Positions 40,230 to 50,579 are shown, numbered from the stretch's first letter. The stretch: 64,000 nucleotides of DNA from an uncultured bacterium (GCA_963727525.1 CAVSGO010000008.1:1-64000), one strand, 5' to 3'. The notes: generated by a model from the letters alone, not told the origin. Translations and numbers: made by a program.

Positions 40230-40952
40230 ATGATCCGTGCCAGGGGCGAAAGGACTGCCTTGAGCAAGACCCTGAAACAACGCTTCGGCCCGGCCACCCA
40301 GCCGGCCATCCCGTTCTATGTGGCCCTGGCCGGCAACATCGGCGTGGGCAAGAGCATGCTCACGCGCCTGGTGGGCGAGACCTGCGGCTGGAGGATGCAC
40401 TTCGAGCCGGTGATCAACAACCCGTACCTCGACGACTTCTACGCCGACATGCGCCGCTGGTCGTTCCACCTGCAGGTGTACTTCCTGAGCCAGCGCTTCA
40501 CCGTGCAGAAGGACATCATGGACCACGGCGGCTCCGCCGTGCAGGACCGCACCATCTACGAGGACGTGGAGATCTTCGCCCCCACCCTCCACCGCCGCGG
40601 CTGCATGGATCTGCGCGACTACGAGAACTACCGCGACGTCTTCGAGAGCATGACGGCCTTCCTGCAGCGGCCCGACCTCATCCTGTACCTCTGGAGTCGC
40701 CCGGAGACCACCCTCGAGCGCATCCGGCAGCGCGGCCGTGCCTGCGAGAGCGAGATTCCCCTGGAATACCTACAGGACCTCCACGCTGCCTACGAGGACT
40801 GGGCCGAGCGCGCCCCGGCTCTCTGCGCCGTGGAACGGATCGATACCGAGGTCCTGAATCTGCACTCGGATCCCGAAGCGCAGGCCCACCTGCTGTCGCT
40901 CATCGCGGAGCACCACCGGGAGAAGGCCGCACGCAATGGGATGACGACATGA
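40230..40952 (+). CDS. Deoxynucleoside kinase
   Basis: GNIGVGKS; NPYL.DFY; QDRTIYED; RIRQRGR..E (start may be TTG 40260). Confidence 0.93.
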   Translation: MIRARGERTALSKTLKQRFGPATQPAIPFYVALAGNIGVGKSMLTRLVGETCGWRMHFEPVINNPYLDDFYADMRRWSFHLQVYFLSQRFTVQKDIMDHGGSAVQDRTIYEDVEIFAPTLHRRGCMDLRDYENYRDVFESMTAFLQRPDLILYLWSRPETTLERIRQRGRACESEIPLEYLQDLHAAYEDWAERAPALCAVERIDTEVLNLHSDPEAQAHLLSLIAEHHREKAARNGMTT

Positions 40953-41818
40953 GCGACCGCCTCGATCTGCTCGCGCCCTCGTTCCGCGCGCGCGTGGCCG
41001 CGGCCGTCGACGCGCTGCGGTCTCGCGGTTGTGCTGGCCGCGCGGGCATGGTGCTGGGCTCCGGCCTCGGCAACGTGGCCGACGCGGTCGAGGGCGGTGG
41101 CGCCGTGAACTATGGCGAACTGCCGGGCTTCCCGGCACCCACGGTGGCCGGCCACGGCGGGCGCGTGGTGTGGGGCACGATCGACGGTGTGTCCGTGGTG
41201 GTGTTGCAGGGCCGGCTGCATCCGTACGAGGGATTGCCGTGGGAGGTGCTGCTGCTGCCCTCAGCCACCCTCGCGTGTCTCGATCTCTCCGTGGTGTTGC
41301 TGACCAACGCGGCCGGTGGATTGAACCTCTACTACCAACCCGGCGATCTGATGGTGATCCGCGACCACGTCGACCTGCACTTCCACGACCCGCTGCGCGG
41401 ACTCCTCGCCGATCCCTGGCGGGGTGGCGCGTTCGCCGTGGGGCGCCACCCGGGCTTTGCGCCGCTGTACGACCCGGAACTTTCCCGCGGACTGGTCGAG
41501 GCGGCAGCCGCCGCCGGCATCGCCGTGCACAGCGGTGTGTACGCCAGCATGTGGGGCCCGACCTACGAGGCGCGGGCCGAGATCGGCGTGCTGCGGCGGC
41601 TGGCGGCCGATGCGGTGGGGATGTCGACGGCGCCCGAGGCGGTGCTGCTGCGCGCACTCGGCGTGTCGGTGGTGGGGTTGAGCTGCATCACGAATCCGGC
41701 GCACGAGACGGGGCAGGCGCCACTGTCGCACCAGGAAGTGATCGACACCGGGCTGCTGGTGCGGGATCGCATGGCGGAGGTGCTGCGGGGGTTTCTGGGG
41801 AGCGTGGGGCGGAAGTGA
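40949..41818 (+). CDS. punA: Purine-nucleoside phosphorylase (trimeric type)
   Basis: LGSGLG; GH.G; GRLHPYEG; TNAAGG; GPTYE; AVGMST.PE; SCITN. Confidence 0.93.
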   Translation: MSDRLDLLAPSFRARVAAAVDALRSRGCAGRAGMVLGSGLGNVADAVEGGGAVNYGELPGFPAPTVAGHGGRVVWGTIDGVSVVVLQGRLHPYEGLPWEVLLLPSATLACLDLSVVLLTNAAGGLNLYYQPGDLMVIRDHVDLHFHDPLRGLLADPWRGGAFAVGRHPGFAPLYDPELSRGLVEAAAAAGIAVHSGVYASMWGPTYEARAEIGVLRRLAADAVGMSTAPEAVLLRALGVSVVGLSCITNPAHETGQAPLSHQEVIDTGLLVRDRMAEVLRGFLGSVGRK

Positions 41819-41855
41819 GGTCGGCCACGCGCTTTTTATCGTGTGATTTGAAACA

Positions 41856-43076
41856 TGCCACGAAGAATGTTGACGGGTCCAGCGCTTGCCTGGGCCCGTC
41901 TTCATGAACACCAAAACCCTCACTTCATGCCCTACGCTTCCTCCCCACTGCCCCAACCCTAACTGCAAATACCACAAGCCTCAGCCGCAACCCTGGCCCT
42001 TCGCGCTCTTCGGCACCTTCTCCCGAAAATCCCCACCCTACACCGTCCAACGCTACCTCTGCCTGGCCTGCGGCAGAACCTGCTCAGACCAGACCTTCCG
42101 CACCACATACTGGCTCAAACGCGCCGATCTCCTGCCCAAGGTCCACAAGCACGCCGTCTCAGGTGCCGCCAACCGCCAGATCGCCAGGCTCCTCGACACC
42201 TCGCCGACGACCGTCGACAACCTCCTCGCCCGCCTCGGCCGACACTGCATCCTCTTCCATCGACACCTGGTGTCCCAGGCGTCACCCTTCGTGGACATCG
42301 CCATCGACGGGCTCGTCACCTTCGAGCACTCCCAGTACTTCCCCTACGAGATCGTCGCGGCCGTCGATCGCCCCTCCAGCTTCATCATCCACTTCGCCGA
42401 GGCCGAGCGGCGACGCAGCGGGGCGATGACCGACGAGCAGAAATGGAAACGGTCCCTCTTTGAACAAAACTATGGCCGGCCGGACCCCAGGTCGTTGATG
42501 CGGGCGCTGCTCGAGGTGCTCTCGGTCTCGCTCGACGGCGCCACCGAGGCCCACATCTGGAGCGACAAGCACAAGACCTATCCCTACGCGATCGCGAAGC
42601 TACGGTATTGCAAGGTGATCCACGAGACGATCGACTCCCGTCAGCCGCGGACGAGTCGCAACCCGTTGTTCGAGGTCAACTTGCTGGACATGTTGCTGCG
42701 GCATTGTTTGAAAGACCACACGCGGGAGACGATCGCGTTCGGGAAGCGACGCCAGCATTCGATCTACCGGCTGGCGATCTTCCTGGTGTGGCGCAACACG
42801 ATCAAGTTGCGTCGGGAGAAGCGGTGCTGGAGCACGCCGGCGATGCAGATCGGGATCGCCATGAAGCCCCTGACCGAGGATGAGGTGTTGTCGCGGCGGC
42901 TGTTCGTGTCGCATATCGAGTTGCCGCCGTTGTGGGATGACTACTACTGGCGACGGGTCGAGACGCGGCCATTGAAGGTGAACCGGAGGCACAAGCTGAC
43001 GTACGCCGCGTAGTGAGAAAGTCGGGCCTAGCGGGAGAGATCTCGGTGCGAAGCCTCGTCAACATTCTTCTTGGCA
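41856..43076 (+). mobile_element. Small IS of unclear family with 20-bp terminal inverted repeats
   Basis: TGCCACGAAGAATGTTGACG (41856-41875) and CGTCAACATTCTTCTTGGCA (43057-43076), 19/20 complementary; CA on both flanks. Confidence 0.85.
41904..43013 (+). CDS. Putative transposase (Zn ribbon, HTH, DDE-like core; IS1-like architecture)
   Basis: CPNPNC...QRYLCLACGRT; RQIARLL; IAIDG; WSDK..Y; RETIAFGK; TPAM.IG. Confidence 0.75.
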   Translation: MNTKTLTSCPTLPPHCPNPNCKYHKPQPQPWPFALFGTFSRKSPPYTVQRYLCLACGRTCSDQTFRTTYWLKRADLLPKVHKHAVSGAANRQIARLLDTSPTTVDNLLARLGRHCILFHRHLVSQASPFVDIAIDGLVTFEHSQYFPYEIVAAVDRPSSFIIHFAEAERRRSGAMTDEQKWKRSLFEQNYGRPDPRSLMRALLEVLSVSLDGATEAHIWSDKHKTYPYAIAKLRYCKVIHETIDSRQPRTSRNPLFEVNLLDMLLRHCLKDHTRETIAFGKRRQHSIYRLAIFLVWRNTIKLRREKRCWSTPAMQIGIAMKPLTEDEVLSRRLFVSHIELPPLWDDYYWRRVETRPLKVNRRHKLTYAA

Positions 43077-43160
43077 CAACGTTGGCGTTGCCGGGGCGTT
43101 GCGCGATCGCTACCATGGAGCCACCACGCGTTCACCCCGAGCAAGGCAGACGATTTCACG

Positions 43161-43901
43161 ATGGCACCCCGTCTTCCGCACGTATCCCTGGGCAAGCCGG
43201 CCGAGGCCGGCGACCTCATTCTCGAGCGACGCCACCGCCTCGTGATGGGGCAGGCGCCGAACCGAGGTGGCACGCTGCTCGACTTCGGCTGCGGCCAGGG
43301 GGCTCAAAGTCTGCTCTTTACGGACGACTTCGCGCGTATCGTCGGCGTCGATGTCGAGGCGGGCCACGTCGCGACGTTCCAGCGTACTCTCGCAGCACGA
43401 GGCCTCGAGGATCGGGTAGAGGTGCGCCACTATGATGGCAATCGCTTACCCCTGGACGATGCGAGCGTAGATGCGGTGGTGTCGTTCGAGGTGCTGGAGC
43501 ACGTGCAGGACGAGCAATTGGCACTGGCCGAGATACGGCGTGTCCTGAAGCCCGGAGGCTGGGTCGCGATATCGGTGCCGAATCGCTGGTGGATCTTCGA
43601 GACGCACGGTGCCCGCCTGCCGTTGCTTCCGTGGAATCGCGTGCCGTTCGTGAGCTGGTGGCCTCGCGCGATCCACGACCGCTGGGCGCGCGCGCGGATC
43701 TACCGCCGCCGCGATGTCTGCACGCTGCTTGGCGGCGCGGGCTTCACGATTCGCGAAAGCGCCTACATCACGGCGCCGATGGACGTGGTCAAGCAGCCGG
43801 TGCTGCGCGATGCCCTGCGCCGCACGCTCTTCCGCGGTGACGTCACGGCCGTTCCGTTCAAGGCCACGGCGGTGCTCGTCGTGGCGGAGAAGCCCGCCTG
43901 A
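43161..43901 (+). CDS. Class I SAM-dependent methyltransferase
   Basis: LLDFGCGQG; LP..DASVD; EVLEHV; RVLKPGG. Confidence 0.92.
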   Translation: MAPRLPHVSLGKPAEAGDLILERRHRLVMGQAPNRGGTLLDFGCGQGAQSLLFTDDFARIVGVDVEAGHVATFQRTLAARGLEDRVEVRHYDGNRLPLDDASVDAVVSFEVLEHVQDEQLALAEIRRVLKPGGWVAISVPNRWWIFETHGARLPLLPWNRVPFVSWWPRAIHDRWARARIYRRRDVCTLLGGAGFTIRESAYITAPMDVVKQPVLRDALRRTLFRGDVTAVPFKATAVLVVAEKPA

Positions 43902-43920
43902 TTGCCGATCGCAGGATGGA

Positions 43921-43953
43921 GAAAGGCCCCGCCAGGACCATGGCGGGACCTTC
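43921..43953. terminator. Hairpin between convergent genes
   Basis: AAGGCCCCGCCA-GGACCA-TGGCGGGACCTT. Confidence 0.55.
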
Positions 43954-43968
43954 ATCGTCGGGTGGCGA

Positions 43969-45645
43969 TCACTTCGCCAGCACCACCTTCTGGACCGTGG
44001 TGCCGGCAGCGGTGCGTAGTACGGCGCAGTACACGCCCGCGGGGGCTGGGTGGCCGGTCGTGTCGCGGCCGTCCCAGGTGGCGGTGTGGGGGCCGGCCGC
44101 CAGCGCGGCGACCTGGAGCACGGCGATCGTGCGGCCGCGCAGGTCGACGATCGTCAGGTGCGCTGGTCCCGCGTCGGCCAGCGTGTAGCCCAGGGTCACG
44201 CGGGGGTTGAATGGGTTGGGCCAGGCGCCGGTGAGGCCGGTGACGGTGGGCACGCCGGCGTCGATTACCGGGGTCTGGCTGTCGGGGAGCTGGTAGCAGA
44301 GGGTGAGCAGGTCGTTCTGCGACGTGTACGAGTAGGCGTAGCCCGTCACCACCACCTCGCCGCCCGGCGTGATGGCGATGGCGGCCGGCTCGTCGCTCTG
44401 ACCCTCGCCATCGTAGCGGACGGCCCAGAGCGGAGCGCCGTCGGCAGGCGCGAAGCCCACGGTGGCGACGTCCCAGCCTGTATCCGTGCCGTCGCTGAAG
44501 CCGCTGGTGACGATGGTGCCGTCGGGGGCCTCGGCCAGCACGCCGGCCACGTCGTACCAGTTGGGCGGTCCCTGGTAGCCACCGGTCCACAGGGGATCAC
44601 CCGTGGCACCGTCGACCTTGAGCACGAAGTAGTCGCCGCCCGAGACGCCGCACACGAGCACGTTGCCGTCACGGTCGCGGACCATCTGCCGCGGGTCGTC
44701 CGCGGTGTTGCCGCTGGAATTCCAGCGTTGCGACCACGCGGTATGTCCGTCCGCCGACTCGTACCGGTGCAGCACGACGTCGTAGCCGGTGGTGCTGCTC
44801 CACGTGCGGCTGGCCATGACCACGTCGTCGTTGTCCATGAGCGCGAGCCAGCTCGTGCGCGCCTCGATGTTGTTGACGGCGCCGGGTTCCTGCTGCAACC
44901 AGAGCTGGGTGCCGTCGTCGCCGGCAAGCTTCGCCGTGACGAAGTCGGCCCCGCCGTCGGCAAGGCCGATGATGCCAGTGACCACGGGGTTGCCGTCGCT
45001 GCCCACCACGATGCTCAGACCGATGTCGTCGCAGACCTCGGCGCCGCCAATGGTCTGGCTCCAGAAGCAGTAGCCGCTGTCACCATGGTATTTCTGGACG
45101 ATGATGTCGTAGTAGCCGGTCGTGAAGGCGCGTCCCACCGTGAAGACGTTGCCCTCGCCGTCGACCGCCAGGTCGAAGATCGCTTCGTTGAATCCCTCAG
45201 GGCTGGCCCAGATCTCGCACCAGAGAACCTCTCCGGTGTCGCCGTGCAACTGGAGCACGGCGATATCGTCGCCATGGCCTCAGCCCACGCAGCCGCGCAC
45301 GTACCCGCCCACGAAGACGTCGCCTCGCGGCGAGATGGCCAGCTTCATCAGCGCCATGTCGTTGCCGCCGGGATCGCCCCAGCGCGCGCTCCACAGCTCG
45401 GAGTGGTCGACACCGGAGAGCTTGCGGACGAAGAGGTCGGACGCGCCATCGAGATCGGTGGATTCGCCGCCCACCAGGAGGTTGCCGTCGGGATCGACGA
45501 CCACCGCCGTGCCGACGTCGTTCTGCAGGAGTCCGCCGTCGTAGACGTCGGAAAACATCAGGCTCGGCTCGGCGGCCAGGGCCAGGCTCGCACCGAGCAC
45601 GAGCGGTAGCACCAGGCGGAGAGCTTTCCAGGCCGGTTCACGCAT
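43969..45645 (-). CDS. Secreted beta-propeller protein with a FlgD-like C-terminal sorting domain and an in-frame TGA at codon 122 (candidate selenoprotein)
   Basis: ORFs 45280-45723 and 43969-45258 share a frame; signal peptide in the first, PNPFNP...WDGRD...GVY...KVVLAK in the second; blade repeat runs through G-C-V-G-TGA-G-H-G-D-D. Confidence 0.8.
45256..45276 (-). promoter_or_regulatory. Candidate bacterial SECIS hairpin
   Basis: CAUGGCGA-CGAUA-UCGCCGUG, an 8-bp stem (one G-U) starting 3 nt after the UGA, with G at loop position 2. Confidence 0.45.
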
Positions 45646-45793
45646 GAATTCCAGCTCCTTCGGGACAGGGAGGCATGGCGCATCCTGCCGATGCGCCCTC
45701 AAGACCGAGCGAGAAGGTATCATATTAGCACATCGAAGCGAAAAAGGGGAGACGCCAATGCGCGCGGTGTGTCCTGGCGCCCGCCGGCCCCTG

Positions 45794-46738
45794 CTAGGGC
45801 GAAACGGTGATCGTGGCGAATTCCACGCCGGACGCGTGCCAGTGATCGCGCACCTCCACGGCCACCTCGAATGTGCCCGGATGCTCGACGATGGTGTCCA
45901 GCGTGGCCACGCTCACCCAGGAAGTCCAGGGCGTGTCGACATCGCCGATGCGCCACCGTCGCGTCAGGGTGTCCATGTCGGCGTCATGGCTGGCCGAGCT
46001 GTCGAGGTGGAAGACCGACTGGATCGGTCCGGACGCCGGCGAGACTGACAGCGCGGCCACCGGGTCGTGGTTGGCGAGATAAGCCACGAGCTGGTAGCTC
46101 AGGCTCGGGGCCACGGTACCCGGTTCGGGATCGATGCCCGTCGCGTCCTGTACGCCGACCACGCGGTAGGCGGGCGGCGTGGCCGACGAATCCGCGCGCA
46201 CGTAGATGATCAACTGTCCCGTGCTCGCCGGATCCAGGGCGTAGCCGTCGCCGTGCAGGGTGACCGCCACGTCGAACTCGCCCTGCTGCGAATCCGGCCA
46301 TGGCGAGCCAGACGGCGCGTCTGCGAACGACCTCACCAGCGACCAGGCGGAGACCTCCACCGAGTCGACACCGGCCAGCGGCACGTTCCCGTAGGAGAAT
46401 TGCTCTCCCGAGAACAGGTGCGCGAGCGCACGGCGCAGCTCTTCCGGCGTGAGGGTCTCCACGGGCCAGCCCAGCCGCGCGCGGTCGCCGGGTTCCAGGA
46501 TCCAGGTGGCGTCGGCCGCGAGCACGGAGTCCATGGCCACCGTATCGCGCGTCCCCAGGGCGTCGCGCAGACCTTCGGCGGCGCCGAGAGGCGTCGACAG
46601 ATCGTAGACCACCGGGTCGGGTCCGGCGGGGCCGACCATATCGGCCCCGTGCTTGCGATCCTCGGCACAACCGATGGTCAGGACGATGAGGGCGAGGGGG
46701 ACCAGGAACAGGAACTGTCGTGCGTCGTGAGAGGTCAT
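45794..46738 (-). CDS. Lipoprotein with a C-terminal PKD-like domain
   Basis: Lipobox TIGC; NHDPVAAL...FHLDSSASHDAD...PGTFEVAVEVRD. Confidence 0.8.
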   Translation of the reverse strand: MTSHDARQFLFLVPLALIVLTIGCAEDRKHGADMVGPAGPDPVVYDLSTPLGAAEGLRDALGTRDTVAMDSVLAADATWILEPGDRARLGWPVETLTPEELRRALAHLFSGEQFSYGNVPLAGVDSVEVSAWSLVRSFADAPSGSPWPDSQQGEFDVAVTLHGDGYALDPASTGQLIIYVRADSSATPPAYRVVGVQDATGIDPEPGTVAPSLSYQLVAYLANHDPVAALSVSPASGPIQSVFHLDSSASHDADMDTLTRRWRIGDVDTPWTSWVSVATLDTIVEHPGTFEVAVEVRDHWHASGVEFATITVSP

Positions 46739-47517
46739 GATCCCGCCTCGTTCGCGATGTAGCCGGGTGGTGGTTCGAAGAGCTTGGGCGACACCCGTCG
46801 CTCCTGGGCGGCGACCAGATCCGTCGTCGATCTCACCTGGCGGTGGAATACGTCGATGATCGTGGTGGCCCGCACAGGCAGACCCTGGACCTTGGCGAGC
46901 TCCGCCATGGCTGCGGCGCCCCCGGGCAGACCGACGAGCGTGGCGAAGGACGCCCTGCGCAGGAGCCCGAGATCGACTTTCAGATCGCGCGTGACCCACT
47001 GCTCCGTCGTCGTGGTGGCATCGCCCATCCGGATCTCGACGATGTAACGATGGCAGTGATAGCCGTTGATGGTCTCATCGTCGCCCGTGTCCACGACTCG
47101 CGCGGACACGCGCACCATCTCCGTGAGTTGCCTCGTGCGCGGGGTACGGGAATCGGTCGTGTCCGCCACGGCGGCGAGTTGCGAGAGCAGGTGGCTAGCC
47201 TCGTCGAACGTGAGGTTGAGATACGTGCGGTTCTTGCGGTCGAGCAACAGCACCGTGCCTGTATCGGCCCGCAGGACGAACGTCTGCTGGGGGCCTTCGC
47301 GGCGGACGCGATCGGCGGCCAGCCAGGTTTCCGTGGTGTCGGCATGGGCCGGAACATTCTGTCCAGGGAGCTGCGCGGCCTCGGTCCGGGTGACCTGAAT
47401 GAGGTGCATGGCCGGGATGCGCGCATCGCGACCGCAACCGCCTATGACGAACAATACGATCGCGCCAAACGCGACCAGAATCGTCCGAACGTATCGGAAC
47501 CAGCGGTGACTGGGCAT
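46735..47517 (-). CDS. DUF4412-like lipoprotein
   Basis: Lipobox IGGC; TGDDETINGYHCHRY; EQWVT; GLPVR; FEPPPGY. Confidence 0.78.
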   Translation of the reverse strand: MPSHRWFRYVRTILVAFGAIVLFVIGGCGRDARIPAMHLIQVTRTEAAQLPGQNVPAHADTTETWLAADRVRREGPQQTFVLRADTGTVLLLDRKNRTYLNLTFDEASHLLSQLAAVADTTDSRTPRTRQLTEMVRVSARVVDTGDDETINGYHCHRYIVEIRMGDATTTTEQWVTRDLKVDLGLLRRASFATLVGLPGGAAAMAELAKVQGLPVRATTIIDVFHRQVRSTTDLVAAQERRVSPKLFEPPPGYIANEAGS

Positions 47518-47698
47518 GGTTCGACCTCGCTCGCGGTGTCCCGTACAGGATACGCAGGCAGGATACGTAGCATCAAGACGGAACACAAGCCGCGGCCTGG
47601 CTCCGCGCGAAGTCGGACTTGTCCCGGCGCGGGATTGGCTGTTTGATTGGCGGCGGCGCGAGACCGCGCCGTCGATCGACTCTGTCCGGGAGGATGTC

Positions 47699-49777
47699 AT
47701 GCGCTCGCGCCGGTTTCCGTTCGTCTTCACCGCCATGGTGGCCCTCACTCTCGGCACGGCCGTCACGCAAGCCGCGCCCGCGGCCGACGCGCCGCAGACC
47801 CTCACCATCACCGACTTCTTGCAGATCCCCACGCTGGGATCGGTCGCGGTGGCGCCGGACGGTCGTCGCGTGGCCTACGTCAAGACGTGGCGGGATCTGG
47901 AGGCCGACACATACCAGCACGAACTGTGGCTGGCGCAGGTCGCTTCGGGGGCGAAGCGGCAGATCACGTTCCAGGACAGCGAGATCGGGCATCTCGCCTG
48001 GCGCCCCGACGGAGCCCTGAGCTTCCTGCGCAACGTCGACGACAAGGCGCAGGTGTGGGTGAATCTCCTCGATGGTAGCGAGCCGCATCCGGTCACCGAT
48101 TTTCCGGAGGGTGTCGACAACTACTGGTGGTCGCCGTCCGGCACCTGGCTCGCGGTGGTTGCGAACGCGGTCGAGGACACGACCGGGCCAAAGAAGGACG
48201 ACCGCGCCGATTGGACGGTGTTCGATCGCCTCGAGCAGCCCGACACCTTCCCGCAGCTCTGGCTCGTGCCGGCGGGGCTCGCCGATCAGCCGCACGACGA
48301 CCGCGAGGCGCGACAGCTCTCCCGGCCGCCGTATCACGTGTACCACGCGGCCTGGTCGCCGGACGGGGCGCAGCTCGCCGTCACCTATAACCCGCGTTTC
48401 TCCAGCCTCGTCGACGAGGAACAGCACGTGGCCCTGGTGGACGTGCAGACCAACGAGTGGCGCGATATCAGCGATCCGCAGCGCCACGCGTCGTACGCGG
48501 TATGGTCGCCCGACGGGAAGCAGGTGGCGTACTTCACCGACCGCGAGCAGGACCTGCGTGCGTACCTGAACCTGAAGGACCTCGTGGTCTACGACCTCGC
48601 CAGCAGCGAGGAAACGACCCTCACCCCTCACCACCAGCTTGCGCTCGGCGGCACCGGGTCCACGCCGGAGTCGGCGCCGCTCTGGAGCGAAGACGGCCGC
48701 ACCATCACCGTGTCCGCGGCCCAGGGTACGGCGTACGATCTCTATGCGGTGGACGTCCGCGCCCGCAAGCTGGCTCCGATCACGCGACTCGCCGGCAATC
48801 TCGGCTCGTGGGACCTGCGCCGCGACACGCTCGCGTACGTCGAGAGTGCGCGGCACCTGCCGGGAAGCCTCTCCGTACGCGCCGCGGTTGGCGGTGAGGC
48901 CCGCGAGATCGACACGACCAATGACAGCGTGGCGCGTTTCCATCTGCTGCCGGCCCGCAAGCTCGCGCTCACGGGCAAGGATGGTCAGCCGATCGAGGGC
49001 TTCCTCTATCTGCCTCCCGGTGCGGGCGACCGCGATCACCTACCGGGCGTCATCGAGATGCACGGTGGGCCCTACTTCCGCTACGGCAACGCCTGGACCA
49101 CGCGGTACCCGTGGCAAGTGCTGTCGCAGGCCGGCTTCGCGGTGTTCATCGTCAATCCGCGCGGCGGCACGGGCTATGGGCAGGACTTCCTGCGTGGCGT
49201 GTACCGCAACTTCGGCACCGACGACTACCTCGATATCATGGCCGCCGTCGACACGCTCGTGGCCCGCGGCACCGTGGACGGCGATCACCTGGGGTTCACG
49301 GGCTACAGCTATGGGGGGCTGATGACCGATGTCGTGATCAGCCGCACCGACCGCTTCAAGTGCGCCGTCTCCATCGCCGGCATCTTCGACTTCGTGTCGG
49401 CCATGGGCGAGAGCAATCCGCAGCTCTTCATCGATAGCTACGCGCAACCCTGGTCGCACGATCTGCAGCGGATGTGGGAGCACAGTCCGGTGTCGCGCGC
49501 CGCTTCGTTCGTCACGCCCACGCTGGTCATGCATGGCCTTGCCGACGAGCCCGTGGATCCGCGACAGTCCATCGAGATGTTCAGCTACCTGCAGCTCAAC
49601 GGCGTGCCCAGTCGCCTCGTGCTGTATCCTGATGAGGGGCACGGCATCAACCGGCCAAGCCACATGCTCGATTACGAGACGCGCGAACTGCAGTGGTTCC
49701 AGCACTATTTGCTGGGTGACGAGAACGCGGCGGGAGCCAAGCCTCCCGTGCCCGTGGAACCCGAACCGGGGCGGTGA
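47699..49777 (+). CDS. S9-family (prolyl oligopeptidase/acylaminoacyl) peptidase, secreted
   Basis: Signal peptide; WSPDG repeats; HGGP; NPRGGTGYG; GYSYGG; HG..D; EGHG. Confidence 0.95.
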   Translation: MRSRRFPFVFTAMVALTLGTAVTQAAPAADAPQTLTITDFLQIPTLGSVAVAPDGRRVAYVKTWRDLEADTYQHELWLAQVASGAKRQITFQDSEIGHLAWRPDGALSFLRNVDDKAQVWVNLLDGSEPHPVTDFPEGVDNYWWSPSGTWLAVVANAVEDTTGPKKDDRADWTVFDRLEQPDTFPQLWLVPAGLADQPHDDREARQLSRPPYHVYHAAWSPDGAQLAVTYNPRFSSLVDEEQHVALVDVQTNEWRDISDPQRHASYAVWSPDGKQVAYFTDREQDLRAYLNLKDLVVYDLASSEETTLTPHHQLALGGTGSTPESAPLWSEDGRTITVSAAQGTAYDLYAVDVRARKLAPITRLAGNLGSWDLRRDTLAYVESARHLPGSLSVRAAVGGEAREIDTTNDSVARFHLLPARKLALTGKDGQPIEGFLYLPPGAGDRDHLPGVIEMHGGPYFRYGNAWTTRYPWQVLSQAGFAVFIVNPRGGTGYGQDFLRGVYRNFGTDDYLDIMAAVDTLVARGTVDGDHLGFTGYSYGGLMTDVVISRTDRFKCAVSIAGIFDFVSAMGESNPQLFIDSYAQPWSHDLQRMWEHSPVSRAASFVTPTLVMHGLADEPVDPRQSIEMFSYLQLNGVPSRLVLYPDEGHGINRPSHMLDYETRELQWFQHYLLGDENAAGAKPPVPVEPEPGR

Positions 49778-49781
49778 GGCG

Positions 49782-50579
49782 ATGACCACGGCAGGCACCG
49801 GGCCTCGCGGCGAGCAACCGCTCGCCGGTCGCCGTGTCGTCGTGACGCGGGCCGCCGATCAATCTGCCGCCCTGGTCGCGGCGCTGGGCGAGATGGGGGC
49901 GGAGGTCATCTGCCTGCCCACGATCGCGACGGAGACGGTCGTCCCCGGCGACATGGCGATGCTCCTGAATCGTCTGGGCAGTTACGACTGGATCTTCGTC
50001 ACGAGCGAGAATGGCGTGCGGCATCTGCTGGCTGTCCTGGCCTCTGTCGGCCACGATCCGTCGCCGCTGTCCCGCGCGAGATTCGCCGCCGTGGGGCGGG
50101 GTACGGCGACCGCCCTGGGCCGGGCCGGCCTGGACGTGGCCTTCGTTCCGGCCGTGGCCGCAGGGAAGGCGATGCTGCGCGAATTCGAGGCCGGCTGGGA
50201 CGTGCGCGGTCTGCGCGTGTTGCGCGTGCGTGGCGACCTCGCGGGGCCCGAACTGGAGCGGGGGTTGCGCGCCGCGGGGGCGCAGGTCGACATCGCAACC
50301 GTCTACCTCACTCGGCCAGCCACCCCCGATCCCGATCTCGTGAACCGGATACGGCAGGGAACCCTGGCGGCGGTGACCTTCGCGAGCGGATCTTCGGTCG
50401 AGTCCTTTGCCAAGATGTTCACCAACAACATGTTGTACGTGTCCACGCCTGCGGTGTGCATCGGCCAGGTCACGGCGGCGGCAGCCCGCCGCGCCGGCTG
50501 GCGGCGCGTGGTCGTGGCGGGCCACGCCTCGACCCTGGCGCTGGCCCGCGCCGTCGTGGACGCCGTGTCCTGGTCCTGA
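49782..50579 (+). CDS. hemD: Uroporphyrinogen-III synthase
   Basis: LAGRRVVVTR; YDWIFVTSENGV; AVG..TA; TFASGSSV; CIG.VTA. Confidence 0.9.
   Translation: MTTAGTGPRGEQPLAGRRVVVTRAADQSAALVAALGEMGAEVICLPTIATETVVPGDMAMLLNRLGSYDWIFVTSENGVRHLLAVLASVGHDPSPLSRARFAAVGRGTATALGRAGLDVAFVPAVAAGKAMLREFEAGWDVRGLRVLRVRGDLAGPELERGLRAAGAQVDIATVYLTRPATPDPDLVNRIRQGTLAAVTFASGSSVESFAKMFTNNMLYVSTPAVCIGQVTAAAARRAGWRRVVVAGHASTLALARAVVDAVSWS

Noticed and set aside
47699-49777. S9 peptidase as the RiPP leader protease
   Set aside because: About 9 kb from the nearer cluster, coupled to hemD, and a common housekeeping family; nothing links it
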